DNA from: Paludisphaera mucosa
Lineage (GTDB): Bacteria > Planctomycetota > Planctomycetia > Isosphaerales > Isosphaeraceae
Reading direction: 5' to 3'
DNA: 64,000 nt
Assembly (NCBI RefSeq): GCF_029589435.1
Contig: NZ_JARRAG010000001.1
Location: 236,808 to 300,807, forward strand
Under the pieces are notes generated by a model. That model was given only the letters and a program-made list of their open reading frames with translations, did not search any database and was not told the DNA's origin. Of this stretch, positions 17,701 to 27,440 are shown one piece after another. A program made the position numbers and the translations under genes. Numbering within the stretch: the stretch's first letter is position 1; each line of letters begins with the position of its first letter.

Positions 17701-19086
17701 ATGATCGACAGGCGGTCGCCGACGTACCCGGAACACCTGCGCACGCTGTTCACCGTGGGGGCGGCCTCGGGGCTCAGCGACGGGCAGCTCCTCCAGCAGT
17801 TCGCCGCCCGACGCGGCGAGGCGGCCGAGCGGGCGTTCGCGGCGCTGGTCGAGCGGCACGGATCGATGGTGCTGCTCGCCTGTCGCAACATCCTGCGCGA
17901 CGAGCACGAGGCGCAGGACGCCTTCCAGGCGACGTTCCTGGTCCTCTTCCGAAAGGCGGATTCGCTCTGGGTCCGCGATTCCCTCGGCCCCTGGCTGCAT
18001 CGCGTGGCCTGCCGCATCGCCCATCGGGCCAGGCTGGGGGCGGGTCGGCGCCGGGCGTCCGGGATCGAGGCGGCCGCGGGGGCTTCGGATCGGTTCGATC
18101 GGGACGGGACGGCCGACGGGATCCACGAGGGCATCGACCGGTTGCCCGACCGCTTCCGCACGCCCGTCGTCCTCTGCTACCTGGAAGGCCTGACCTGCGA
18201 AGAAGCGGCCCGACGTCTGGGCTGCCCCGTCGGGACGATCAAGAGCCGGCTGTCGCGGGGTCGCGAGATGCTCCGGCGACGGCTGAAGGCGGGCGTGGAC
18301 GAGGACCTGAGGCGGGCGACGCCCGAGCCCGGCCGCCCCCGCGCGGCGCTCCCCGCCGGGCTCGCGACGGCGACCGTGCGCGCGGCCCTGGATGCTTCGG
18401 CGAGTCTATCGGCACCGGTGGAAATCCTGGTCAAAGGAGGGTTGTCGGCCATGTTCCTGACGAGAAGCAAGTCCGCGTTCACGATCCTGGCCGCCGTCGC
18501 CGCCGCCTCGGCCGGCCTGACCGTTCTGGGCCAGCAGGCGGCCTCGCGCGGGGGGACGGATGACGCCGTCCGCCGGCAGGCCCCCCCGGCGTCGAACATC
18601 GATCCGGCCTCGGAGCCCGCCACGCGGACGGACCCAGCCCCCCCGCCGGCCGTCTCCGGCCTGGAGCAGCGGCTGAAGGCCCTGGAGGAGGAGCTTGAGC
18701 GGGCCCGGACCGGCGCCGGCAACGTCGTCGGCCCGCGCAAGCCGGGGGAGCCGTACGAGGACCGTCGGCAGAGGATCGAGGAGGAGGGCAAGAAGGCCCA
18801 CATCTGGGACGTCCTCGTCATCGGCGGCTTCGTCGGCCAGTACGACCTGGCCGAGGTCGCGCCGAAGGACCTGGTGATCGGGCTCTGCCGCAACTACCTC
18901 GGCATCGAGCCCAACCCCGACGACGTCAAGTGGATGGTGGAGAAGCTCGGCGAGGATCGGGATCGCACGGCGACCCCGGAGCGGATCGTCCGGGGGCTCA
19001 TCGCCGACTCGGAATTCCTCGCCTCCCCGCTCGTCGAGGCCATCCTCCGCAACCCCCGGACGCGGCGCACGCCGGGCGTCCAGTGA
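17701..19086 (+). CDS. ECF-type sigma-70 factor with ~230-aa C-terminal extension containing a TM segment
   Basis: Region 2 is AFAALVERHGSMVLLACRNILRDEHEAQDAFQATFLVLF. Region 4 is VVLCYLEGLTCEEAARRLGCPVGTIKSRLSRGR. A hydrophobic stretch MFLTRSKSAFTILAAVAAASAGLTVLG and an Ala/Pro-rich tail follow in the same frame. Confidence 0.75.
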   Translation: MIDRRSPTYPEHLRTLFTVGAASGLSDGQLLQQFAARRGEAAERAFAALVERHGSMVLLACRNILRDEHEAQDAFQATFLVLFRKADSLWVRDSLGPWLHRVACRIAHRARLGAGRRRASGIEAAAGASDRFDRDGTADGIHEGIDRLPDRFRTPVVLCYLEGLTCEEAARRLGCPVGTIKSRLSRGREMLRRRLKAGVDEDLRRATPEPGRPRAALPAGLATATVRAALDASASLSAPVEILVKGGLSAMFLTRSKSAFTILAAVAAASAGLTVLGQQAASRGGTDDAVRRQAPPASNIDPASEPATRTDPAPPPAVSGLEQRLKALEEELERARTGAGNVVGPRKPGEPYEDRRQRIEEEGKKAHIWDVLVIGGFVGQYDLAEVAPKDLVIGLCRNYLGIEPNPDDVKWMVEKLGEDRDRTATPERIVRGLIADSEFLASPLVEAILRNPRTRRTPGVQ

Positions 19087-19108
19087 GCGCGGCCGACGGG
19101 CCCGCCGA

Positions 19109-19876
19109 TCAGGGGGATTCCCGCTCCAAACCGTCGAGGTCGCACCAGGGGCCGCGGCTCTGGAAGGTGGGGCGGGGGAGGCTGCGGGCGAGTTCCAGGG
19201 CCCCGGCCGGGTCGATCCCGTCGCGACGCCGGCCGACCCCCCGGTAGATCCTCAGCCCGCGCTGGAGGGCGATGATCTCGCGGCGGGTGCGGCCCTCGGG
19301 GCTCTCGGGCCAGGGCTCGAGATGCTCTTCGAAGGCGAAGAAGTGGGGGAGCAGCCGCGTCATGTAAGCCCAGTAGTCCGGGTTGTCGGTCTGGACGACG
19401 AACCGGCCGCCAGGCTTGAGCGTGCGGTGGACGTCGGCCGTGAACAGCGGGGTGACGAGTCGCCGGTGGGCCTGGCGGGCGTCGTGGTAGGGCTGGGGAT
19501 GGTAGAGGTGGACCTCGTCCGCCGCCGCGTCGCCGACGTATCGCGACAGGAAGGTCTCGGCGTCCTTGACCGCGAACCGGAGGTTGGAAAGCCCGCGCTG
19601 GTTGCCGCGGCGGGTGGCATAGCGGATCACCACGGGGAGGACGTCGATCGCGAAGTGGTCGACGTCGGGCCGGGCGAGGGCGGCGATCAGGCTGGACCGG
19701 CCGTTGCCGCAGCCCAGGTCGAGGACCAGCGGAGCCTCGCGGCCGAAGATCGCGGCGAAGTCGAGCGGCCCCGCCTCGGGGAGCCTCTTGACCGCCGTGC
19801 GCGCCCACTGCTCCTGGGGCAGGATCCGCCCGGGGATGGGGACTCCGAACTCGTGCTCGACCTCGTCCGGCTGCAT
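19109..19876 (-). CDS. trmB: tRNA (guanine46-N7)-methyltransferase
   Basis: LVLDLGCGNGR SAM motif. TrmB-like overall, 255 aa. Confidence 0.85.
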   Translation of the reverse strand: MQPDEVEHEFGVPIPGRILPQEQWARTAVKRLPEAGPLDFAAIFGREAPLVLDLGCGNGRSSLIAALARPDVDHFAIDVLPVVIRYATRRGNQRGLSNLRFAVKDAETFLSRYVGDAAADEVHLYHPQPYHDARQAHRRLVTPLFTADVHRTLKPGGRFVVQTDNPDYWAYMTRLLPHFFAFEEHLEPWPESPEGRTRREIIALQRGLRIYRGVGRRRDGIDPAGALELARSLPRPTFQSRGPWCDLDGLERESP

Positions 19877-19986
19877 CGCGACCGCCCTCGACGCGCCGGG
19901 CTCGGGAGCCGCGACCCCGCAGCTCCTCGCCCGACGCGCTTAGTGTAACCGAAGGAAGCCGTCGCGGTCCCCACCGGGCGGGTCGA

Positions 19987-21858
19987 TCAGGGGGCGTTGC
20001 GGGCGGCCCGACCCCAGGCGGCGGGCCGGCGGGCCAGGGCGAGGCGCTCGGGGGAGGCCCAGACCCGGCGGGCGACCGCCTGGGTCGTCACGCCGGCGTC
20101 CAGCCGGCCCAGCCAGGCCCGCAGGCCGGCGGGCTCCGCGGCCCGGCCCAGGGCGTCGCGATACAGCTTCGTCACGAAGGCCACGCGGCGCCGCGCCAGC
20201 CGGCCCGCCGGCTGGGCGACGACGAGCGTCCCGTGGACGAACGTCACCGCGTAGTCGGGCGACGCCGCCCCGGAGGCGACCATCGGATAGGCCCCCGGCG
20301 GGCTGTAGGCCTCGGCGGCCGTGGTCAAGGTCACGGGATGGGCCAGGCTCGCCGGGCCGTCGCCGTCGACGAACCCGACGTACGAGGCCGTCGTCGGCGG
20401 CGGCTCGGCCCCGAAGGGGACCGCCCGGTCGTCGGCGACGACGGTCAGCGGCCCGGGCAGGACGGTCAGGGATGAGGCCCCGTCGACGGCGGCGAAGTCG
20501 CCGGAGCCGGCGTAGCGGTAGGCGACGAGATACCGCGAGGACGAGACGTGCAGCGCGGAGGTCGTGAAGACCGAGGCGAACGCGCCGGTGGCCGGGTCGA
20601 TCGCCGCCAGGTGCGTCGCGCCGCCCAGCGTGATCGCCACCTCGCCCGCGGGGATCAGCCCGCCGGCGGCGATGCGGCCGGAGAGGACGGTCGCGGCGGT
20701 CGCGTAGACGATCGTCGGCGCCGCCAGCGCTTCGAAGGCGGGCGTCCGGGCCTCGGCCTCGTAAGCGCCGATATCTGGCGCGGCGCCCTTGGGTCGAGTC
20801 ACGCCGCGCTGGTCGACGGCCACACCGGTGACGGCGGCCCCTGCGTCGACGGCCGGGCTGCCGGGGAGCAGGGCCATCGTCCAGGTCGGCCCGCCGTTGT
20901 CGGCCAGCGGGCCCAGCAGTGGGTCGGCGCCGATGAGGTCGGTCGCGTCGAGGGCGACGGCGGGGGCGTCAGTGAACAGGTTGCGGCCCAGCGAACGGAA
21001 GGTACCACCTTCGGCGACGGCGATGTTCCCGACGTCCTCCGCCCCGAAGCCCCCTAGGTAAAATTCCGGGGAGCTGGTGGGGTTGGAGAAGATGCTGCCG
21101 ATCGAGCTGATCTGGGAACTGGAGTAGCCCGTGGTCGCGATACCGCTGCCGACGCCGGCGACGTTGTGGGCGAGGGTAGTGTCGGCGACAGACAGGACCC
21201 CGGAGTTGTAAATCCCCCCGCCCGCGCTCAGCCGCCAGGGGATTCGATTATCGCTGATCGTGGAGTTCAAGATCGTCATCGCGCCGGCGTTGTAGACCCC
21301 GCCGCCGTCGCCGCCGTAGTATGTGGCCCTATTTATGAAGGCGCCCTCGACCCGATTGCCGCTGATCGTCGTGCGTTCGATCGTCATCGCGCCCGAGTTG
21401 TACACCGCCCCGCCGGCGCCCGGTTCGCCGATGAAGGGCTGCCCGGTGATCGGATCGAAGCCGACGTTCGGCGTGGACGCCGTGTTGCCGACGAGACTGC
21501 ATTCGACGAGGTCCAGACTTCCGGCGTTGTTGATCGCGCCGCCCCGGCGGCCACTCCCGCCGGTGATCGTGAGGCCGGAGATGGAGGCCGTCGCGCCGGC
21601 TGTCACCTGGAAGACGAGGCCGGAGGATCCCCGGATCGTCGTCAGGGCGGCCCCGGGGCCCTCGATCGCGATCGGCCCGGCCGTCCCGGTCAGCTGCAAG
21701 GTGGCCGTCAGGACGATCGTCTGGGGCGTGGAGAAGACGGCGGGGTCGAATCGGATCCGGCTCCCCAGGGGGCTGGGGTCGGCGTCGGCCAGGGCGACGA
21801 CGTAGGCGAGGTCTCCCTCGGGCCCCAGCCCCGCCCCGGAGCCGCCGGTCCGGTCCAC
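19987..21858 (-). pseudogene. 3' fragment of an IS-disrupted gene: parallel beta-helix repeat surface protein with C-terminal DUF4214-like domain
   Basis: Has right-handed beta-helix repeats (GGAINNAGSLDL..C.L.GN.A; ISDNRI). The C-terminal ...AFVTKLYRDALGRAAEPAGLRAWLGRL is DUF4214-like. There is no native start; the track start is a GTG inside the IS inverted repeat. The sequence is in frame with the 5' fragment once the IS and one target-duplication copy are removed. Confidence 0.75.
21848..21858. repeat. target site duplication (left copy) GTCCGGTCCAC
   Basis: An identical 11-mer lies at 23396..23406, directly flanking the IS inverted repeats. Confidence 0.75.
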
Positions 21859-23395
21859 GAATGGCACTTAGATTTTCACAAACGGTTCCCCCGCCGCAGG
21901 ATAGGAAGCCACGGGCATTCTGGCTCTGATGAGGGCGTACAACCCTCACCGGCTCGGAGCCAGATTGATGTTCAACTACGCGCAGGGACGTCTTCGGCAT
22001 CAGATCGACCTCCTCCGCCAACAGTTCGTCCAGGAAGGCGGACTCCCCTTCGCCGACGTCCTATCCGCCAGCGGCCTCGAGGAGGCCCTCCGTGAGATCG
22101 AGGCGACCTGGAATGACCGCATCTACGCCCCGTTGGTAACCCTCTGGGTGTTCATCGGACAGGTGCTCAACGCCGACCAGTCCTGCCGCGCCGCCGTCGC
22201 GCGGCTGATCGCCCACCGGGTCTCACAGGGGCTCGAGCCGTGCAGCTCCGAGACGGGGGCGTATTGCCAGGCGCGGAAGCGCCTGCCCGAGCGGTTCTTC
22301 GCCGCCGTGGCCCGCCTCGTGGGGCGGAACCTGGACGCGCGAGTCGACCCGCAGTGGCTTTGGAAGGGCCGCCGCGTCTGCCTGTTCGACGGCTCGACGG
22401 TCTCCATGCCCGACACCCCGGAGAACCGCCGGGAATACCCTCTGGCCTACAACCAAGTGCCCGGGACGAGCTTCGCCCCCGCCCGGATCGGGGCGATCAT
22501 CTCGCTGTCCTGCGGCGCGATCCTCGACCTGGGCGTCTGCCGCTACGCCGGCAAGGGCCAGGGCGAGGTCAGCCTGCTGCGCCAGCTGTGGGACGTGCTC
22601 CGCCCCGGCGACGTGCTGCTGGGCGACCGCCTGATGTCGGGCTGGGTCGGAATGTACCTGCTCAAGCAACGCGGGGTCGACACCGTCAGCCGCCTGTCGG
22701 CGCACCGCCGGGCCGACTTCCGCAAGGGGACCCGCCTGGGCAAGGACGATCACGTGGTCGTGTGGAAGAAGCCGTCGTCGATCCGCTCGGTGGACCGGGC
22801 GACGTACAACGCGCTGCCCGAGGCGATCACCGTCCGCGAGGTTCGCTTCCGCGTAGTGCAGCCCGGGTTCCGGACGCGGTCGGTCGTCGTCGTGACGACC
22901 ATCCTGGACCCCGGGCTGGCGAGTGCGGAGGAGCTGGCTTCGCTCTACCGGGCCAGGTGGAACAACGAGTTGGATTTGCGTTCGATCAAAATCACCTTGC
23001 AGATGGATGTTTTGCGGTGCAAGACGCCGGAGCTGGTGCGCAAGGAGATCTGGGCCCACGTCCTGGCGTACAACCTGATCCGCACGGTGATGGCACAGGC
23101 GGCGACCATCGAAAATGTGGAACCTCGCTCGATCAGCTTCAAAGCGACGCTCCAGGTTCTCGAAGCGTTCCGGCCGCTGATCGCCTACCGGGCGCACAGC
23201 GGTGCGGACGACCAAGAGGAACTCTACGAGCAACTGCTCGGGGCCATCGCCGTGCATCGCGTGGCCGACCGGCCCGACCGGTTCGAGCCCCGCATGACCA
23301 GGAAGGGGCCGAGAGGGTATGAGGAATTGAAGCGGCCGCGAAGGGAGATCAAACTCCATATGCTCAAACGAGCTAGCAAAATCTAAGTGCCATTC
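21859..23395 (+). mobile_element. IS4-family insertion sequence (~1.54 kb) with 18-bp perfect terminal inverted repeats GAATGGCACTTAGATTTT
   Basis: The left inverted repeat begins at 21859 (gaatggcacttagatttt). The right inverted repeat ends at 23395 (aaaatctaagtgccattc). It contains a single DDE transposase ORF and is flanked by an 11-bp direct duplication. Confidence 0.85.
21929..23386 (+). CDS. IS4-family DDE transposase (485 aa)
   Basis: Carries the Y-x2-R-x3-E-x6-K signature (LYRARWNNELDLRSIK) characteristic of the IS4 family. DDE_Tnp_1-like overall. Confidence 0.9.
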   Translation: MRAYNPHRLGARLMFNYAQGRLRHQIDLLRQQFVQEGGLPFADVLSASGLEEALREIEATWNDRIYAPLVTLWVFIGQVLNADQSCRAAVARLIAHRVSQGLEPCSSETGAYCQARKRLPERFFAAVARLVGRNLDARVDPQWLWKGRRVCLFDGSTVSMPDTPENRREYPLAYNQVPGTSFAPARIGAIISLSCGAILDLGVCRYAGKGQGEVSLLRQLWDVLRPGDVLLGDRLMSGWVGMYLLKQRGVDTVSRLSAHRRADFRKGTRLGKDDHVVVWKKPSSIRSVDRATYNALPEAITVREVRFRVVQPGFRTRSVVVVTTILDPGLASAEELASLYRARWNNELDLRSIKITLQMDVLRCKTPELVRKEIWAHVLAYNLIRTVMAQAATIENVEPRSISFKATLQVLEAFRPLIAYRAHSGADDQEELYEQLLGAIAVHRVADRPDRFEPRMTRKGPRGYEELKRPRREIKLHMLKRASKI

Positions 23396-24930
23396 GTCCG
23401 GTCCACCGTGTAGACCGTCGGGGTGGCGGAGGCGTCGAGCACCGTGAGCGCGGCCGAAGCGGCCGCCGGCGCGAAGGCGGCGTCGCCGTCGTACCGGAAC
23501 GCCACCGAGTAGGGCGAGGATGAGGGGGACAGCCCGAGGGTCGTGAAGACCGAGGCGAACGCGCCACTGGCGGTGTCGATCGGCGCCTGCCGGGTGACGC
23601 CGTCGAGCGTGATCGCGACCCGCCCGGTGGGGATCCGACCGTCGACCTCGATGCGGCCGGAGAGGGTCGTCGCGGCGGTGCCGTAGACGATCGTCGGCGC
23701 GGCCGGGGACACAAACGCGGTCGCCGCGAACTGGGCCTCGACGGCGCCGACGTCCGGCGCGGCGCCCTGGGGTCGAATCACGCCGCGCTGGTCGGCCGTC
23801 ACGCCGGCGACGGCGACGCCGGCGTCGATCGCCGGGCTGCCGGGCAGCAGGGCCATGGTCCAGGTCGGCCCGCCGTTGTCGGCCAAGGGCCCCAGCAGGG
23901 GGGCGACGCCGACGAGGTCGGTCGGGTCGAGGACCATGGCGGGGACGTCGGAAAAGAGGTTGTGGCCCAGGGAGTCGAGCCCGCCCTGGAGGTTCCCGCC
24001 GTCGGCGTTGCGGAAAAGGCTCTGATTCGAGACGGTCCGGGCTCCGGGACCGCCGGCCGTCGCGACGCCGCCGCCGTGCACGGCGGAGTTGTCGGCGGCC
24101 GTCACGTAGGTGAGGGACAGGACGCCGGAGTTGAAGACGCCGCCGCCGGAGCCATCGGACGAGTTGCAGCGGTTGCCGGCGATCGTCGAGTCGACGATCG
24201 ACATCGTCCCCGAATTGTAGACGCCCCCACCCGACGCAGAACTCAGGACGGTGATGTTTAGCCAACTTTCCGGGAACTTGTCGGCCGAGTTGTTGCAGAT
24301 CGTGGAGTCGACGATCGACATGGTGCCCGAGTTGTAAACCCCCCCGCCCTCACCCTCATACGACGTCCCCGCTCTGGGGAAGAAGGGGATAGGAATGAAA
24401 ATCGCGGCGGCGGTGTTATCGCTGATGCTGCAGCGGCTGAGCTGCAGGCTCCCGGCGTTGTTGATCGCGCCGCCCAAGTGGCCGCTCCCGCCGGTGATCG
24501 TGAGGCCGGAGATGGAGGCCGTCGCGCCGGCCGCGACCTGGAAGACGAGGCCGGAGGACCCCCGGATCGTCGTCAGGGCGGCCCCGGGGCCCTCGATCGC
24601 GATCGGCCCGGCCGTCCCGGTCAGCTGCAAGGTGGCCGTCAGGACGATCGTCTGGGGCGTGGAGAAGACGGCCGGGTCGAAGTGGATGACGCTGCCGTCC
24701 GGGTCGACGTCGGCGTTGGCGCGGTCGACGACGTAGACCAGGTCGCCCGCGGCTCCGGAGCCGGTGCCGTCGGCGCTCGTGAGGTTGACCAGGTAGGCCG
24801 TGGGATCCCCGGCGAGGAGGGTGCGGGCTTCGAGCATCTCCAGGGCGAAAGGGCGACGGGCCGAGCGCGATCGGCTTCGAGCGACTCGAGATCTCGATCG
24901 CGGATCCATGGGGGAGAGGATGCGTGACAT
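23383..24930 (-). pseudogene. 5' fragment of the IS-disrupted beta-helix surface protein gene (signal/N-terminal region plus first beta-helix module); terminates at a stop inside the IS inverted repeat
   Basis: The N-terminus is MSRILSPMDPRSRSRVARSRSRSARRPFALEMLEARTLLAG. The beta-helix module is nearly identical to that of the 3' fragment (HFDPAVFSTPQTIVLTATLQLTGTAGPIAIEGPGAALTTIRGSSGLVFQV in both). The last four codons NGT* are IS-derived. Confidence 0.75.
23396..23406. repeat. target site duplication (right copy) GTCCGGTCCAC
   Basis: Matches 21848..21858. Confidence 0.75.
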
Positions 24931-25410
24931 TGCGGAGACCCCTCTGTCGGTGAGGGCGGCAAGTGTCCCGTCTTCGGGTCAGGCGGCGGCATTCGCTGCC
25001 GGGGGGCGGATGATCGACGGTTCGTCGGGTCGCTGACGGTCCGGGCCGTGACTTTGCGGGGCGGGGCGGGGCCCATCGCGACGGCTCCGTCGCGGTAGGC
25101 CGCAGGCGTGCTGGATCGCGCGGGCGAGGCGTGGCCGGCCGGGACGGCATCCCACTAAACGTCATCGACCAAGCCGGATCCTCGCAAATCCTCACCTGGA
25201 AACAAGTGTGGATCTAGGATATTTTGACACGTCCCGGCCGTCTCAAGTCGAGTTTCTCGGTCGTCCGAGTCTTCAGGCCGCGGCGGGTCGCGCGATTTTC
25301 GCGATTTTTTGCGGTCGGGGTCCTAGGGTTCTAGAGATCTCCGACGCGTCGGACGTCCAGCTTCGCTCGTGCAGCATATCCACCCAGGCCCTCGACCCGG
25401 GAACCATAAG

Positions 25411-26247
25411 ATGAGCAATCTACGTCATGTCCGCAAGGCCCGCATCACGGTCGAATCGCTGGAAGGTCGCCAGTTGCTGAGCGGCCTGGATCAGGCCATC
25501 ATGCAAGCCGTGGGCTCGGTCGCGGCCCAGGTGCAGAAGGCCGTCGCGTCGAAGGCGGTCGCCACGAACCCGGCGGCGGCCTCGGCGATCGTGAGCGCGC
25601 TCGGGGGCGGGGTCGGCAGCGAGTGGGCGAACCTGATCCGCCGCCAGGTCCGCAATCCCCAGTCGGTCGTCCGCCAGTTCATCGCCGGGCAGACCACCTA
25701 CTCGACGACGGGCATCACCTTCCGGACGCCCCACGAGCAGTCGCTGTTCACGGGCCGGCCGTACGACCAGCTCTTGCCGCTGGCCGCGGGCGGGGCCGTC
25801 TTCAAGAACAACGTGATGGAGTTCGCCACGATCCTCCGCGGCGAGTTCCGCGACCCGGACACGTCGTACTACGTCTTCGGCGTCGACCGCGGCGCGGGGG
25901 GCTCGCTCGGCCCGAGGTTCGCCGCCCGGCCCGGCATCACGCCCGACGCCCTCGTGACGATCACCGTCGGCCCTTATGGATCGTCGGCGACCGGCGAGAT
26001 CCGCGACCTGACCGACGGCTCGGTCCAGTCGATCGACGCGTCGCGGATCGTGATCCGGGGGGCGACGCTCCGCGTCTTCCTGGATACGTCCCAGTTCCCC
26101 TCGCGCGGGGCCGCGTTGAACCGCTACCGGTTCGCCATGTGGACGCAGACCCAGCCGGGGACCGACATCGCCGACGTCGCCAGCTTCGCGCCCGATACGT
26201 CGATGATCCCGATCGCCGTCCTCCGCACCGTCGCCGCCCGTCGCTGA
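25411..26247 (+). CDS. hypothetical secreted protein with LExLExRxLL-type N-terminal motif
   Basis: Begins MSNLRHVRKARITVESLEGRQLLSGLDQAIMQ... Composition is balanced. Internal ATG 25411 chosen; the track ORF starts at 25369. Confidence 0.6.
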   Translation: MSNLRHVRKARITVESLEGRQLLSGLDQAIMQAVGSVAAQVQKAVASKAVATNPAAASAIVSALGGGVGSEWANLIRRQVRNPQSVVRQFIAGQTTYSTTGITFRTPHEQSLFTGRPYDQLLPLAAGGAVFKNNVMEFATILRGEFRDPDTSYYVFGVDRGAGGSLGPRFAARPGITPDALVTITVGPYGSSATGEIRDLTDGSVQSIDASRIVIRGATLRVFLDTSQFPSRGAALNRYRFAMWTQTQPGTDIADVASFAPDTSMIPIAVLRTVAARR

Positions 26248-26274
26248 GCGACGGAGGGCGTCCGGGACGGAGGC

Positions 26275-27384
26275 TCAGACGAAGAGGGCGGCCTCGGCCG
26301 CGAGGCCGGGGCCGAACCCCAGGGCGACGCAGGGCCGCGGCGCGACGCGACGCATCATCTCGTCGAGGATGAACAGCACGGTGGCCGACGACATGTTGCC
26401 GTGATTGAGGAGGACCGATCGCGAGGCGTCGGTGGCCCCGGGGGTCAGCCCGAGCGCCTCCTCCACGGAGGTCAGCACCCGGGGGCCGCCGGGGTGGACG
26501 GCCCACGAGGCGACGTCGCCGACGGCGAGGTCGAACCGCCCCAGCCACGACTCCAGCCAGGGCCGGATGTTCTGCTGGATCAGGCCCGGCACGCGCGTCG
26601 AGAGGACCATCTCGAAGCCGTGGTCGCGGACCATCCACGACATCGCCTGCTCGGAGTTCGGGAACAGGCAGGCGCCGTTCGCGGCCAGCCGCCAGGCGTC
26701 CCGATCGGCCTCGCCCTCGGGGGCGGCGGCCAGCACGACGGCCCCGGCGCCGTCGGCGAAGAGGGCGTTGCCCACCATCCGCTTGGGGTTCCAACCGTAC
26801 GAGTAGTGGAGGCTGCACAGCTCGACCGAGGAGAGCAGCACGCGAGCGTCGGGCTCGGCGGCGATCAGCCCGCGGGCCACGCGCAGGCCGTTCAGGGAGC
26901 CGTGGCAGCCCATGAAGCCGACGTGCGTGCGCTCGACCGTCGCCGCCAGCCCCAGCCCCTTCATCAGCCCGAGGTCCACCCCCGGCGCGGCGAGCCCGGT
27001 GCACGAGACGGTCACGAGGTGCGTGATCGACCCGGGGGCGACGCCCGACCGTTCGAGGGCGATCCGGCTCGACTCCAGCGCCAGCGGGAGGGCCTCGGCC
27101 TCGAACCGCACCATCCGCTCGGCCGTCGAGGGGCCCGGGTCGTCGCTCCCCTTGCGGACGAACGGGGTGTCGTACTCGCCCTCGCCGTAGACGATGCGGC
27201 GGAACTCTTCGGCCTTGTAGACGACCTGGCGGCTCTCGATGCCCGACTGGCGGTAGAGGCTCTGGAGCACCTCGCCGTGGTCGTCGTCCTCGGCGCACAG
27301 GGTCCGCGCGGCGTCGACCGACTCGGAGCGGGTGATGTTCAGGGAAGGCGTCGCCGTCCCGACGCCGAGGAGTTCGATTCGCAT
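26275..27384 (-). CDS. type III polyketide synthase (chalcone/stilbene synthase family), 369 aa
   Basis: Active-site Cys region VTVSCTGLAAPGVDL, His region GFMGCHGSLNGL, and Asn region LLNHGNMSSATVLFIL. Starts MRIELLGVGTATP. The 350-aa upstream extension in the track ORF is an Arg-rich artefact. Confidence 0.9.
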   Translation of the reverse strand: MRIELLGVGTATPSLNITRSESVDAARTLCAEDDDHGEVLQSLYRQSGIESRQVVYKAEEFRRIVYGEGEYDTPFVRKGSDDPGPSTAERMVRFEAEALPLALESSRIALERSGVAPGSITHLVTVSCTGLAAPGVDLGLMKGLGLAATVERTHVGFMGCHGSLNGLRVARGLIAAEPDARVLLSSVELCSLHYSYGWNPKRMVGNALFADGAGAVVLAAAPEGEADRDAWRLAANGACLFPNSEQAMSWMVRDHGFEMVLSTRVPGLIQQNIRPWLESWLGRFDLAVGDVASWAVHPGGPRVLTSVEEALGLTPGATDASRSVLLNHGNMSSATVLFILDEMMRRVAPRPCVALGFGPGLAAEAALFV

Positions 27385-27440
27385 GATGATGACGTCCCCG
27401 GGTTGTTGCTTGAGGCCGACGCTCGAGGCGCGGCGACGGG

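Noticed and set aside
17701-19086. Possibility that the ECF sigma C-terminal half is a separate anti-sigma gene
   Set aside because: No stop codon separates the region 4 helix-turn-helix from the TM and extension in this frame, so it is treated as one fused protein. A cryptic frameshift cannot be excluded.
22223-24265. 680-aa minus ORF across the transposase and beta-helix fragment
   Set aside because: Arg/Asp/Pro-rich artefact. The IS transposase and the beta-helix frame explain the region.
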